This document shows positions 34,046 to 46,570 of a stretch of 53,784 bases of DNA, in pieces; within the stretch, counting starts at the first letter, position 1; each line of letters opens with the position of its first letter. Source of the stretch: Psammoneis japonica (taxonomy: Eukaryota). The notes under the pieces are model-generated. The model was not told where the DNA came from, did not search any database, and saw only the letters and a list, made by a program, of their open reading frames with translations. Location of the stretch: the NCBI GenBank assembly GCA_008632985.1, contig QPGO01000328.1, forward strand, positions 1-53,784, read 5' to 3'. The position numbers were made by a program, and so were the translations under genes.

Positions 34046-35373
34046 CTAGTCTTCTTCCAGGATCTTCTGTATCGCCTCTGGCAACTGACTCATAAAGAGT
34101 ATCTTTTCATTGACGTGTTCTTGGGCAGCTTCATTCATAATGCGCCGCTTATCCAGTTCTCGTTGACTGGACGTGGACCACGATGCGGCTCCTACTGATT
34201 TATCGTCATTGTCGAAGCGAAACCTTGCAGTTTGTCCATACTGTTCGGCAAGCTCCGCCAAGATAGTCTTTGCTCCACAAGCGGAACTACCACCAACATC
34301 ATACGCCAAGTCATCTCCTACATGAATCCAAACTGGTTCACCATTGGCAAATGGTTCATGTGGAGCGTCGCTTCCGTCCTTTTTCCGTTTCAAGGCGGCC
34401 GCAGCCTCGGCGAGTTCTTTGTACTTTGCGTATGCTGCATCGTAGATCCACGTCAATTCCGCGTTTCCGTCCACATTGTCCAGTTCTTGAAAGAACTTTC
34501 GTCTCCCTCCCTGGTCGTCTTCCCAACTCATGCAAAAATCAAAAAACGGTGCAAGTGTAAAGGTCATGAAGAGAGGGTTGGCCCGTCCATCCGTCACTGC
34601 TCCAATAATGACACCGGGATGGTCCTTTTTAATTTGCTCAAAGACTTCTACAACCTCGGGATACAAATTTCGTTCCGCTGCATGGTGTCGTTCCATTTCC
34701 CATGCGTTCAACACCGAAGATACCAAAGAGGGTGACACGGCGTTGCGGGCCCACCTTTTGGAAAAAGAGAAACGAGTAGGATAGAGGATATGCGAGTGAG
34801 ACTGCGAACAAATACAATCACAAAAAACTGGACAAAGACGTACTTTTTAGCATTCTCAACGACAAGAGGTGCCAAGCTGGAAACCGGCGTGGCCCAGTCA
34901 TCGGCGCAGGCTTGTAGCTTTCGTTCAAAAATGACATTTTCCATTGCCCTTCGAATCGCCAGCGTCCTGACTTCGGTATGCGTTAGAACAGCCGCCTCGG
35001 CAGGATCCATTTCTTCTCGAATCTCCTTTCCTGTCTCTACAATGTCAACGGGGTTGATTCCTTCAAAACCGTAACTCTCCATGGCCCTTGCAAACGCAGC
35101 GTTGGCTTCTTCAGAGACTTGTGCTAGCGGGTAAAGAGTGTCGTCTAAATCAAAGGTTAACAGCCCCAATGTCTTTGTGGGTCTCGAGGCGACTACGGTA
35201 GTATCCGTGTCGCTAGCGGAATTAATCACGGCATTAACAACCGCAGTTCTTCTTTGGGGACGGCTCTGATGCAACAGTGCGGTTGGATGTACAAACGCAT
35301 CGACTACTACTGCAGCGTTCAGAGCCAGAGAAAAACTCCCCAAACCCACAGCAACGGGAACAAGAGTGCGCAT
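34046..35373 (-). CDS. HAD-superfamily hydrolase, probably plastid-targeted; complement(join(34046..34754,34844..35373))
   Basis: Signal peptide ends VDA-FVHP. Motifs FDLDDTLY, GAVTDG and WIHVGDDLAYDVGG are present. An 89-bp GT..AG intron restores the frame. Confidence 0.9.
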
Positions 35374-35963
35374 TGTACAGAGTAATAGAGTGATTCAAGG
35401 GAAGTGGGAAGTGTACCAGACAGAATTCAATGCCGGTATACGGATACGTGTAGCTCAGACTCGAGTCGAGAGGTAAAGAAGCCTTCGAAACAATCAATGA
35501 GAATTGCAGCAGCTTGCAACTACTGTATTGTGACACCAAAAGATAGTCGCCGTCCGTCCGAACTCAAGCGAATGACGACATCACGTTGCGCCATCTTTCT
35601 TGGTCCGTCATCGCGCATGATCTGGAAAAAACTCTCATTTACGTAGGTTTCTACGTAGCTTCAGTACCAGCTAAGCCATTGCGCGCGACAGAGTGGAGAG
35701 TGTTTCCCGCAAATTTTTCAGAGTTAGGAAGTTGTGCTGCTTCAACTTCATGTTGTCGCGCGCGAGCGCTCGTTCACAAAGTAAAAAGCACAACACACAA
35801 CATCTCGAAGTCGACGAAAGATCAAACGATCGTAGGGTCTAGAGAGAGTAGAGAGTAGAGTTGTTGTTGTTCTTGTGTTGTTACTGTCGTTGGGTTGTTT
35901 CAGAGTAGCGCGGTGTAACTTTACAGATAGAAATAGAGAGAGTTAGAGGAAGAAAGAGACGTC

Positions 35964-37283
35964 ATGGAACCATCAACATCCACTGCTACCCAGCACCATA
36001 CCGTGCTCTGTCATGACGTGATTGTATGCAACAACAACAAGAACAATTCCAAGCTGCAACCCCGCTGCATCCCATCCAACTTTCAATGTGGAGAACAGAA
36101 GCTGCAAGATGTAGATACATATGATGAGTATGAAAATCCAGGTCGTATTGAATTTTATTGTACGGTACCATCTCCACCAGGTCGCCTTGCATTTCGTTGC
36201 CGAGACAGATCAGTCGGAGTCTTGGATGCCAGTCGAGGCGACAAACATGTATTGACCAATGAGGTTATGCGTATGAAACGTAATAAAAAAAAGGAACAAG
36301 AAGATGAGCAACATCAGGTTGATCCCTTCTTTTTTGATGACGGATACACACTTGCTGGTCGGACGGGCTTTCAAGTATGGGCCGGCTCACGCTTGTTGTT
36401 AGAGTCCTTGTTGTATTCTTATTCAGGTGATAACAACAGCAGTAGAGCTGACCCACCACGGCTGATTTACTGGCAGGAAAGACTACTTTTGGGGAAAGAA
36501 TGCAGAGGCTACATGAATAGGACCACCAACATTTTGGAATTGGGAGCCGGCGTCGGTCTGGTAGGGATCAGCTTGGCAGCGGCGTCAGGTACCAACCATG
36601 TACTGCTCACCGATCTGCCGACCCTCGTAGAGCATTCCGTCGAGCCCAATTTGAAAAGAAATTCTGTAGAGAGTGAAGATGGGGATGATGAATCAATGCA
36701 TTCGCCGCCAGAGTGGTTGTCAGCCTTGGCGTCTTACTCGGAGGTTTATCCGATGAGCTCTCCTGCTGGTGCTGGTTGTGGTACTCGCGGTTTCGCAGCA
36801 GCCACACCACTGGACTGGACCAAGCCGTTACATAATCAATTGCAGCATGTGCGCTACTTGAACAATGTAGACTTGATCGTCGCCAGCGATTGTGTGTGGC
36901 TTACGTCCATGTTGGAAGCATTGCTGGACACGGTTTCAAGCATTTTTGATGCAGCGCCCAAGGCCAGTTTTATTCTGTCTCTGCAGCGACGCGACAACAA
37001 TGATGCTATTGAAAGTAATGGGAGTGGTCTTGTTGGAACTGACTTTAGTACCATGTTTACCACGGTGGAATCGGTCGTTGAGGCCATCCAAATGCGAGGA
37101 TGGCACTGGGAATGTTTGGCGTGGCGGTATACGCTGGTTGAATCAGAGCAAGAGGAGCAAAACAATGACAATGATATTGACGATAACAATGAGGACGGTG
37201 GATCGCTACGCAAGCAAGTATACGTCTTGGAAGTGCGTCGACAAGAAAAAGGAGAAGAGGAAGACGGGATCGGTAGACAATAA
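35964..37283 (+). CDS. METTL21/Methyltransf_16-family protein-lysine methyltransferase
   Basis: Motifs RTGFQVWAGSRLL, ILELGAGVGLVG, VLLTDLP, LDW and DLIVASDCVW in a 439-aa ORF. Confidence 0.85.
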   Translation: MEPSTSTATQHHTVLCHDVIVCNNNKNNSKLQPRCIPSNFQCGEQKLQDVDTYDEYENPGRIEFYCTVPSPPGRLAFRCRDRSVGVLDASRGDKHVLTNEVMRMKRNKKKEQEDEQHQVDPFFFDDGYTLAGRTGFQVWAGSRLLLESLLYSYSGDNNSSRADPPRLIYWQERLLLGKECRGYMNRTTNILELGAGVGLVGISLAAASGTNHVLLTDLPTLVEHSVEPNLKRNSVESEDGDDESMHSPPEWLSALASYSEVYPMSSPAGAGCGTRGFAAATPLDWTKPLHNQLQHVRYLNNVDLIVASDCVWLTSMLEALLDTVSSIFDAAPKASFILSLQRRDNNDAIESNGSGLVGTDFSTMFTTVESVVEAIQMRGWHWECLAWRYTLVESEQEEQNNDNDIDDNNEDGGSLRKQVYVLEVRRQEKGEEEDGIGRQ

Positions 37284-37539
37284 CACCAAGTACGAAATTT
37301 TGCAATCACGAGTTCGTTCCAAGCAAAAAAACGTCGGTGGCATTTCATTGTTTGCACGCTGACTGAGTAACGGTATTCTCTACGATAGTAAAGGATGAGA
37401 CTACAGACAATTCTCCTCTTTGTTAATCTTCTTCCAATAGCATACCGTATTGCACCGTACTTCTTTCTGCTACGAAGTAGCAGTTTGGCCTTTTTCGAAG
37501 GACGTTCATTGTCGCGGAACATGTAGCTCTAAGTCGTTG

Positions 37540-39875
37540 CTACCGCAAGCGAAAAAGCCTTGCATGGCCTCCCGGCGTGCCGCGTCCCTCTTGATTCATC
37601 GGGGCACCAACTGCAACCATGTCTGCGTTGCTTGATAGTGATACCGATGTGCCAAACGCATCTCCTTCATATTCGCCTTCAAGGTCATCGCCAATCTGAG
37701 TCCAAATGCCTTCGTCAAGCTTATAGACTTGAGCATAACCAGTTCCATTCCCAGGCGACCCGACGACGACAGCATTGCCGTCACTCGACAACCCAACCGA
37801 GGTACCAAGCTTACCTCCAAACACTTTCCCATCGATATCTTGACCCACCTGACTCCATTGATTGCTGAAGCGTCGAAAAACTCGAACACTACCAAAATCC
37901 GCGTCTCTTCCCACATTTGCTTCATTGAGAGGAGCCCCAATCGCAACCGTCTTTCCGTCTCGGGAAAGCGCGACAGACGTCCCGACCGTTCCAGTCGCGT
38001 CTCGCCAAAGATTCCCTCGCTGATGAGAGATCGCCACCCAGTACCCTCGTAGGCAAAAATTTGAACCTGACCTATGTGGTCAAAGGGCGAGTCATACTCG
38101 GGCGCCCCTACCGCAAGGACCATGCCATCGCCCGACAAGGACACGGAACGCCCAAATTCCGAGTACTGATACGTTCCGCCGTCATCTAGGACTTGGCCAA
38201 ATTGCTCCCAATCTTCATTGACATAGCGATACACTCGAACCTGTCCTAGTATCATGGAGGTCTCGTGTAGTGGCGCCCCCACGGCAAGAACTGTCCCATT
38301 GCTCGACAACGAAACAGACCAACCAAAGAGTTCGCTCTCACTTTGTTGAAGAGACCTAAAGCCGGTACTAAGGAGTCCAGAAATACGAGTCCCAAACGGC
38401 CGCCAGGTGTTACCTTCAAGGCGATAAACGCTGACATGGCTTGCAGTAGAATTGCTTCTGGGGGAGCCAAACGCCACGACCGTGCCATCCTCGGACAGCG
38501 ATACCGATCGACAGCACTCATTCCCCGGTTCTAGTCCCACAATATTCTGTGCCAGAGAAGTCCAGGCAACATTGTCCACCAGTTGAAACGAAGTCACTCT
38601 TCCTCTGGTGGAACCTTCTCCCTTGTTTCCAATAGCCACTGTAGTTCCATCTCCAGACAACGACAAGGATGAACCAGAAAAGGATTCTCCATTCAAGTCC
38701 CCTCCCACCTGCACCCAAGACGCAGGAGTAAAAACGGTGGGCATTGGAGTGCTTACCGTTGGTCGGGGAGTCGGCGGCAAGCTTGGTTCGGGGGTTGGTT
38801 GCAAGGTGGACTCGAGAGTAGATGCCACACTTGGTGATGGAGTGGAAGCTGAGGTTGGTGGTGGAGTAGACACCAAGGTTGGTCGGGGAGTAGACGGTAT
38901 GGACGAAACTGGTGGCGTGGTCGGCTCCTGAGTGGTGATTGGTTGGTAGCAGTAATCTGTGCCGCTAATGCCAGTACCGGTACAGCCTGGCACTGCTTCA
39001 AATGCTTCTCGCTGATAGCACTTGAGCCCTGACTGACAATCGGCGTCTGAATTGCAAGCGCCCTGACACGCCGCGAGCGGAACGTCGCTGCTTCCAACGA
39101 CCCGAAGACTGCTTTCAGCAGTGCCTCCAGTCCCGCTACCACCACCATCATTCCCGTTGTTGGTTGAGGTTATTGCCACACTAATGCCTACAGCAAGGGC
39201 AACTATACCCAGCAGCACAATTATGAGGACACAAATCGTTCGACGATTCTTCAAGTCAATGGTCCACCACGAAGCATCCTGCCTGTTCTCCTCCTCTTCC
39301 ACGAGCCAAGCTGATGCCAATGCAGGCTCCTCTGGTTGTTGCGGTTGTGATGCTGATTGTACGTGAGCCTCATCAGCACTGCCGTCACCAATAACAATCG
39401 TGCGATTCGATTGCTCGACCACTCCTCCAACACCAGCCACCGCAACAGCACCAGGAGTCACATCCCTGGTGGGAAACTCACCAGCAACAGCCCAATCTAC
39501 TTGCTCTGGGGACGCACGACTCTGTCCCGGTGGTGCAGACACTGCCTCTTGGGGATCCTGTGGGGGAAGAGGTGTTTCTTGGGCTGCTATTGAAAATGCA
39601 GCTGTTGCGGCATGATGATGATCTCGTCTGGTCGTCCTCTTTTTTGACCCGCGTTTCACGTCCGCCTCATTTTTAACGACGGTTCTCGAGGCAACCACGT
39701 GTTCGGAGGAAGTCGCAAAATGCATTTCATACGGACCTTCATCATCTTTATCATCATTGCGTTCTCCATAGCGAGCAGAAGGGACGGCGGGTGGACGACG
39801 AGCAAACTCTTCGTCGTCCACCTCATGATCCCCATAGGTCCTCGAGGTATACAACTTGTTATTCATTTTTTTCAT
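37540..39875 (-). CDS. Type II membrane/cell-surface protein with Cys-rich module, Pro/Thr stalk and FG-GAP-like beta-propeller; 1-bp frameshift near 37982
   Basis: PGAVAV motif, one TM helix and CQGACNSDADCQSGLKCYQR..PGC..TDYCY, then repeated W.Q.G.D..G...G.SVSLS.DG..VAVGAP blades that continue in ORF 37540..38037. Confidence 0.8.
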
Positions 39876-42429
39876 GATGACGGGCAGGAACGAAACGATA
39901 ATGTTTTATGTTCTGTCCACTCTGTTGCAGTGCGATGCGGTTGACTGAAGTGTCCGCGCATCTATCGGCGATCTACCGTACAATATCACGTTGAGCGTCG
40001 TCATAGCAGGCGCGACGTCGAAACAGGGATCGATCCGCGCACGTGGGACTGCGCGGGATAGAACGCGGATGATTGCTTCGCACATCATCCTCGCAACGCA
40101 ACGCATCGCATCGCATCAACACTGCATCAACCATGAACAATGATTCCAAACCTAAACATCGAATGACAATGGACATGACAACAACACATCATTGAGTGCA
40201 ACCACCATTGCAAGTTGTGACTTTGCTGCTTGCTTTTTTTGGCCACATGCTTTTGACCGTTGTTGCTTTTGGAACCTGGGGTGCTGCTCCTTCCACAGAC
40301 CAGGGTTCTGCTCCAGCTGCTGCAGCTGCTGGAAAAATTGAGGATCTCATGCTCTCTGCACTTTTGGCTGTTGTCTTTGGATTTGACCACCAGCCACTGC
40401 GATGCAAAATTTGCGAGTTGCAAATTAATTTACAAAGACAAACAGCTCGTGTTTTTCACAATGACGGGAGCATGTGCGAGGTCTCAGAGCACTTCATTTT
40501 TCTCTTCAAATGAGCAAATGCCACTGTTTCAACAACCACAGGTCTGTGAGTGACATGAAACAATGCACCAATTGGGTTGTTGTCATTTAAAAAAAAAAAA
40601 AGAGTTGTTTGATGTGTTTTGTTTGTGACGAAAGGCAGTGTGCAATCGTCCAAAAAGGTCATTTTTGTTGAAATTTTGAGATGCGTCGGCATGAGTTGCA
40701 GTCAGGAAAAGATGGTTTCCTTTGAAAACAATGATTTCTTGTCCTTTCTTGTGCATCATTTCTTTTCTCAATCAAAGCAGAAAGAACGCCTGCACCTTGA
40801 GTGGCACCAGAGGATGTTGCCTGCGTGGCAAGACGATCTTTGAGGGTGACAACAAGGGTCGTTTCTCAACTTGCCGCATGGCAATTGTGCGGGGATTTGG
40901 AATTTGTTGCAAATTTTGCAATGTTTCAATTTTTTTGATTTGGTGGCCAGGGTGCTGATGTTCAGCCAAGCTGCGCACCTGCTCTCCAAGAAGGGAAAGG
41001 CTTTCTGCATGGCGCGGTGGTCATGAAAAGCGCTCTTTGGCGCGGGGCCTCTGCTGACAAGATCAAGATTGCAGAGCAAAGCATGTTTGTTTTGACAAGG
41101 GAACAAATCACTTGCCAACAGAACAAATTTCCAAGAGTGTTGCCAAACTCCATCCAATGTGTGGAACAAGGTTTGGCCAATGTCGCTGAGCTTGTGGAAA
41201 TGTGGCTGCCCCTGAGTTTGCTGTGTTTGTCACCCCCTTTGTGAAAACACTTGCATGTGCTGCAAAATGCTCTTCCTCTGACTGACCTGTGATGTTGAGC
41301 TGTCTCATGGACAGGAAATGCCAGGCCCAATGGAGGCTGCAATGGACTTCAAGGTTGCCCCTGTGACAACCTGCGGTTGTCAAGAGGGCCAGCCACCAGG
41401 TTCCTGCTGAAAGGTGTGGACACACTGATGCTCAACACTTTGCTGTCCAGTGCTTGCAGGAAGCTGGGAAAATTGTTGATGGACATGTTTTTGGGGTCAC
41501 AAACCTTGCCAACATGCTCATGGAGGAGGTGGCCGGTGAAAAGCTTTCACTCTTGCTGGGTGGTGGCATGGGCTGGGACAGCTGACTCAGTTGGCTGATG
41601 TCTGCTTTGACTTCTTAACTTGTTTTAATTTCATCAGAGGCCGCAACACAGTGGTCTCCACTTTCCTTTGTAAGTTTTTAATGTGCGTTGTCAAAATTGT
41701 CAACAAGCAAAATTTGAAAACTGCCGGCAACAGAGCTCAACAAATTGCAGTTGTTTTTTGCATTTTGTCTGATGTCTCATTGGCTTTTCTTGCACAAGCT
41801 TCAATCAAATGAGTGCAATGTTCAACTTGGTTGGAGTTGGCATCCATGTTTTGTGATGCATGGTTTGGCTTCCTTTTGACAGCCATCAATTTGAACTTGG
41901 TTTCCACTTTGGCCCTCCTCAACTCACATGCGTTTGTGTTTGCATGTGTGCCGTCTGCTTCACACACACACGTGACCCACCCTCCATTGTAAATTGCCTC
42001 TTCATGCTTCCCAGGTTTTCACAGCCCCTTGGTCTGCAGTGTTTTTGGCATTTTTTTCACACATCATGCAAATTTCCACACACTTCACAACAGTGCACCC
42101 TCACCCCAAAAGTCAAAAAAAGCAAGAGCATGTGCTGTTGTGATTCACATAGATTCTGAGCATGGTTGCAAATCTGCAAATCAACAACTGGCCATGGCGG
42201 TGAAATGCTTCACCCCATTGGCTGATGAAAGTGGCTCAACATGCTGTGATGAAACCTGCTGTCCTTCTGGTTGGTCAAGACAGGTTTTGATTGGGGTGCA
42301 GCTTGAGCTTTGTTGTCGTGAGTGTGCTGTCACAAATCTGCCGCATCCAGAATGCTGAGCTGCTGGCACATTGTTGTGTGCACGCACACCACAAACTTGC
42401 TTTTCTGCAGCATTGGCACAATTGCGCAT

Positions 42430-43000
42430 GTCAGAGTTTTGCACCCAGAATCACTGCAATTTGCCACAAATGACACTCTTCAAACAAGGCATGTGCAAAA
42501 AGAGGTTCATTGGTTTTTGATGCTTTCACCAATGGCGCGTCTGTCTTCTCCAATTTTTGTGTCCAGATCCAGAAAGACTGCAGGTGGTGCTTGTTCCTGC
42601 AGCTCTCAGAATCACATGCGCATGAAAAGTTCTTTGCCACATGTGTGACACTCTTCAAAAAAGGCATGCACAAAAAGAGCTTCATTGGTTTTTGATGCGC
42701 TCACTTGCATTGCATCCATGTTCTCCATTTTTTGTCCAGATCCAGAAAAACTGCAGAGGTGGAGAGTGGGGAGGCAACCCACTGGAGGTTGCCTGAGTTG
42801 CCAAGCTCATTTTCAAAGGGTTCCCAAGTCTCTCTGCTGTTTCTGGTCCATGCTCTAAACATGTCGTTGATGAACCGTGTGCAGCACAGGAGGTGTGGGG
42901 CAAACTCAGTCATTGCCACATGACTTTGTGCTTCGTGCAGCACCTGGTGCAGTGTGGCGCACATGCAGGCGGTGCTTGTTCCCACAGCCATTCCAGCAAG
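42430..43000 (-). mobile_element. Penelope-like retroelement reverse transcriptase remnant
   Basis: GMAVGTSTACMCATLH..LHE (G.AMGT..A..YA), LLCCTRFINDMFRAW (YxRFIDD), AVFLDL and KPMKLFLCMP (KPMNLYLY.P). Confidence 0.7.
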
Positions 43001-43109
43001 TGCACTCTGTGGCACTTGAGATGTTTTTTGCTTGCTCGCATGCTTTCTTTCTGTGTTTTCTTTGAGCCACAGGGGTGGAACTGGGTGCTCCACATCACAC
43101 ACACTTTGC

Positions 43110-44485
43110 GGGCGCTCAACATCTCACACTGCACACCGGTGTCCACGTTGCTGCAAAATCAGCAGCGCCAGATGCGCCAACACAACGGCAAGTGCATGTG
43201 TTGCCGTTCATGTCAGTTCATCCACATCATGCTCTCACAACATGCTCCATGCTTTTTGGCAATTAACAAGGTGGGTCAGAGCAACAGCACCTCTGCTGCA
43301 AACTTGCCTGCTCCAGAATCAGTGGCATCGGATGCACTGGTGAGTCCATGTTGCTGCTCCCATGGGTTGTGTTGGTTCATCTGTGTTGTGCTCTCACAAT
43401 GGGCTCCACTCTTTTTGGCAATGAATGAGGTGGAACAGAGTGGCGGCACTTCAAATCATGGAACACCAGCAGCTATCCTGCTGCAAACTCGCCTGGTCCA
43501 GAATCAGTGGTGCCGGATGCACCGGCAAGTCTGTGTTGCTGTTCCTGTTGGCAGTGTTGGTTCATCCACATTGTGCTCTCACAACAAGTTCTGCACTTTT
43601 TGGCAATGAACAAGTGGGGCTGCCAGCAGCGGCACTTCAAGAAAGCAAGCTGCAGCTGCTGGTTGTCTCCATCAGCACCATTCAATTTAAATGCAAACAA
43701 CAAAATGGAGTGTTTGTGGCACAGCGCAAATGATTTTAATTTCAGGTTTTGTGTGGACAGAGGGTGGGCACTCTCACAGGGAAAATGTGCCCCCATTTCA
43801 CAGCAAAGTGAATGGGTGCTCAACATCTCACACCACACACCGGTGTCCACGTTGCTGCAAAATCAGCAGTGCTGGATGCACCAACACAACGGCAAGTGTG
43901 TGTGTTGCCATTTATGTCAGTTCATCCACACCATGCTCTCACAACATGCTCCACACTTTTTGGCAATGAACAAGGTGGGTCAGAGCAACAGCACCTCTGC
44001 TGCAAACTTGCCTGCTCCAGAATCAGTGGCATCGGATGCACTGGTGAGTCCATGTTGCTGTTCCCATGGGTTGTGTTGGTTCATCTGTGTTGTGCTCTTA
44101 CAATGGGCTCCACTCTTTTTGGCAACAAACGAGGTGGAACAGAGTGGCAGCACTTCAAATCATGGAACACCAGCAGCTGTCCTGCTGCAAACTCGCCTGG
44201 TCCAGAATCAGTGGCACCAGATGCACCGGCAAGTCCATGTTGCTGTTCCTGTCAGCAGTGTTGGTTCGTCCACATTGTGCTCTCACAACGTGGGACTGCT
44301 CTGCACTTTTTGGCAATGAACAAGTGGCTGCCAGCAGCGGCGCTTCAAGAAAGCAAGCTGCAGCTGCTGGTTGTCTCTGTCAGCACCATTTGATTTAAAT
44401 GCAAACAACAAAATTTCAATTTGCAGGTTTTGTGGGGACAGAGGGTGGGCACTCTCACAGGGAAAACGTGCCCCCATTTCACAGC
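43110..44485. repeat. ~704-bp tandem duplication built from shorter internal subrepeats
   Basis: GTCCACGTTGCTGCAAAATCAGCAG occurs at 43141 and 43845. GCTCTCACAA..TTTTTGGCAA recurs about three times per copy. Confidence 0.9.
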
Positions 44486-46570
44486 GAAACAAGAAGTGTT
44501 CCTCAGGGGGGGGGGTTCAGGTCAGATCCCACAGCACAAAAATGTTCATCTGTCACAGCTGGCATGTTGTTGTTGCCAGCTGCACAACTGATGAGGTTTG
44601 AAAGCAAAAAAATGGACATCTGCAAAAAGAACAAAAACCACCATGAGAAAGAAGGCGTCGATCACTGTGTTGCGTGCTCTGATGTTCCATGAAGAAATTT
44701 GGTCTGGCCTCTCTTTTTCTTGGCTGGCAACCAGATTGCACCAATCAGGGGAGTGTGAGAACAGCCATTTTTGAGAGAGTTTGCTGGGCAAAGGTGCAAC
44801 AGCACTTTAAGTTGTTTTTTTTTTTTTTTTTTGTGCACACCCAGTGTCATGACACAGATGCTGGTGCACACAGATGGTGGGCTGGATCTCTTTGAAATGC
44901 TCCACACATGTTCCCTTCATTGCCAGGACTGCATTTGTTGTTGCTGTCTCCCAGCATCTTGTTGAGTCAGCCAACAAGGCCAAAAAGGAGGCAAGAAAGC
45001 TGGGGAACAACAAAACAAAAAATGAGCACCACAGCACCAAGCTTGAGCGCAAGAAATGTTGTGCGCTGAAAACCACACTGTGAGATCATGACACTGGCAA
45101 CAAGCAACCTGGCAATGGGAGCCTGCCTTGCTTTCAGCACTTTTTTGACTTTTTGCAAGATTGTCCTTTTGAAGCACTCATCTGAGGAGCTCCAAAGGGA
45201 TGTGTTTTTCTTTTTCCAGCTTTCCACTGCATGTGCTGTTGCACTCATCTGTCACTCTGATGGAACAAACAAGTGGCCTTGCATTGCACTTAGAGACAGT
45301 GTGCTCCAGCACTCTTTGAAAGGTCAAATGTGGTGCAGATGAGCTCATGCTAAAGCAAAATTGTTTTCAGAAAATGACCAGTGCAGGTCTTGATTGTGTT
45401 GCTCCCTGCAGCCCAGGTTTCATGGCTTGATGCTTTGAAGCAAATGTGTCAGATTTCAAGATGAGAAGAGGCACAGGAACATCAGCTCTGCAACTGCTTG
45501 TGGCCATTGTTTTTTGACACATTTCTTGTTGTGCAAGAGTGTGTAAGAAGCCATTTCTTTTTTTTTTTTCCGTTGTGACCTCCTTTGCATGTGCCATTTT
45601 TGGCACTTCATTCCCATCCATGACAGAAATGATGAGCTGCTCTCAATGAAAGTTGGCGTTGCACCCCTGAGTCCTGAGTTCCAGTGCATGTCAGCTCTGA
45701 TTGATTCACCAAGAAGTTTGTCTTGTGCTTGATGATGGCAGTCATCAGCTGCAACAAACAGCTCAATGTTGCGCATCATTTTGTGGCAGCTTGCCAAGCC
45801 AAGATGTGCTCAAACAGTGTGGCAAAAAAGCCACAGTTTGAACATGTTGCTTGTTGTTGACAAGCCATTGTCAGCTGTGAGACCCCCTGCCAAAAGTCCA
45901 ATGAGGAAGTCACATCACACAGCAGTGGCTCTTTTTTTCTCTGCCAGCACATTTCCCTCCAACTCGTCCATCAGAAACAAGCTGGCATTCCTTGTGGGCC
46001 ATCATCTGGCTGTGAATTGAGAATGTCTTGAGTTTTTGATTGTTTTTCAAAGCCTGGAAGTTGCCCAAGCAGCTGCATTGCAGGGAAATGGTGCAACTCA
46101 CACCTTGCACAAAGAAACGCTGCGGATGGCTGACTTGTGTTTCTGCAGCGACCCCCAACCAAAAGCAGCAGGTCAAGCTTTATGTGGACAAGGCAACTGC
46201 CAATCCATCCATGCTTTCATTTTTGCAATGAGCAGCAATGATCTGGAGCACTTTGCCTCAAACTGGCATTTTCAATGTTGCATTCCTTGGCACCAACAAT
46301 GAAGCTTGAGTGAGGATGAAGAGATGCGGCCGATGGCCAGCAATGTGCCACGAAATGATGACGAGGAAAATTAAAATCAAGGGATCCGCAAACATCATTC
46401 TGAGAGCCGCTTGTTATGTCGGCATTTCATCTTGGTTGGATTTGATGAAGCTTATGGTGTAGATGCGATCCCGAAAAAAGCATGGTCTCAGAGACCGGAT
46501 TGAATCGAATAAAGTAGGAGGCTGAAAGAAGGAAGATTGAAACAAGACGATAGTAATTTATCTTCTTTTT

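Larger units (their letters stand above)
40130..46400. other. TpA-depleted block 3
   Basis: TA is nearly absent between about 40130 and 46400, with normal genes on both sides. Confidence 0.85.

Noticed and set aside
33618..34784. Short ORFs between SOUL and HAD or antisense to HAD, and 36854..37522 antisense to the methyltransferase
   Set aside because: They are shadow ORFs of real genes or intergenic sequence, with no motifs.
40093..40125. GCAAC/GCATC pentamer run, and the AGAGT run near 35840
   Set aside because: Short simple repeats near gene 5' ends with no further support for function.
1..46400. Alternative genetic code or foreign/contaminant DNA in the TA-poor blocks
   Set aside because: Non-coding repeats are affected too, unrelated TE classes share the pattern, and paired copies still differ at TA versus CA/TG.
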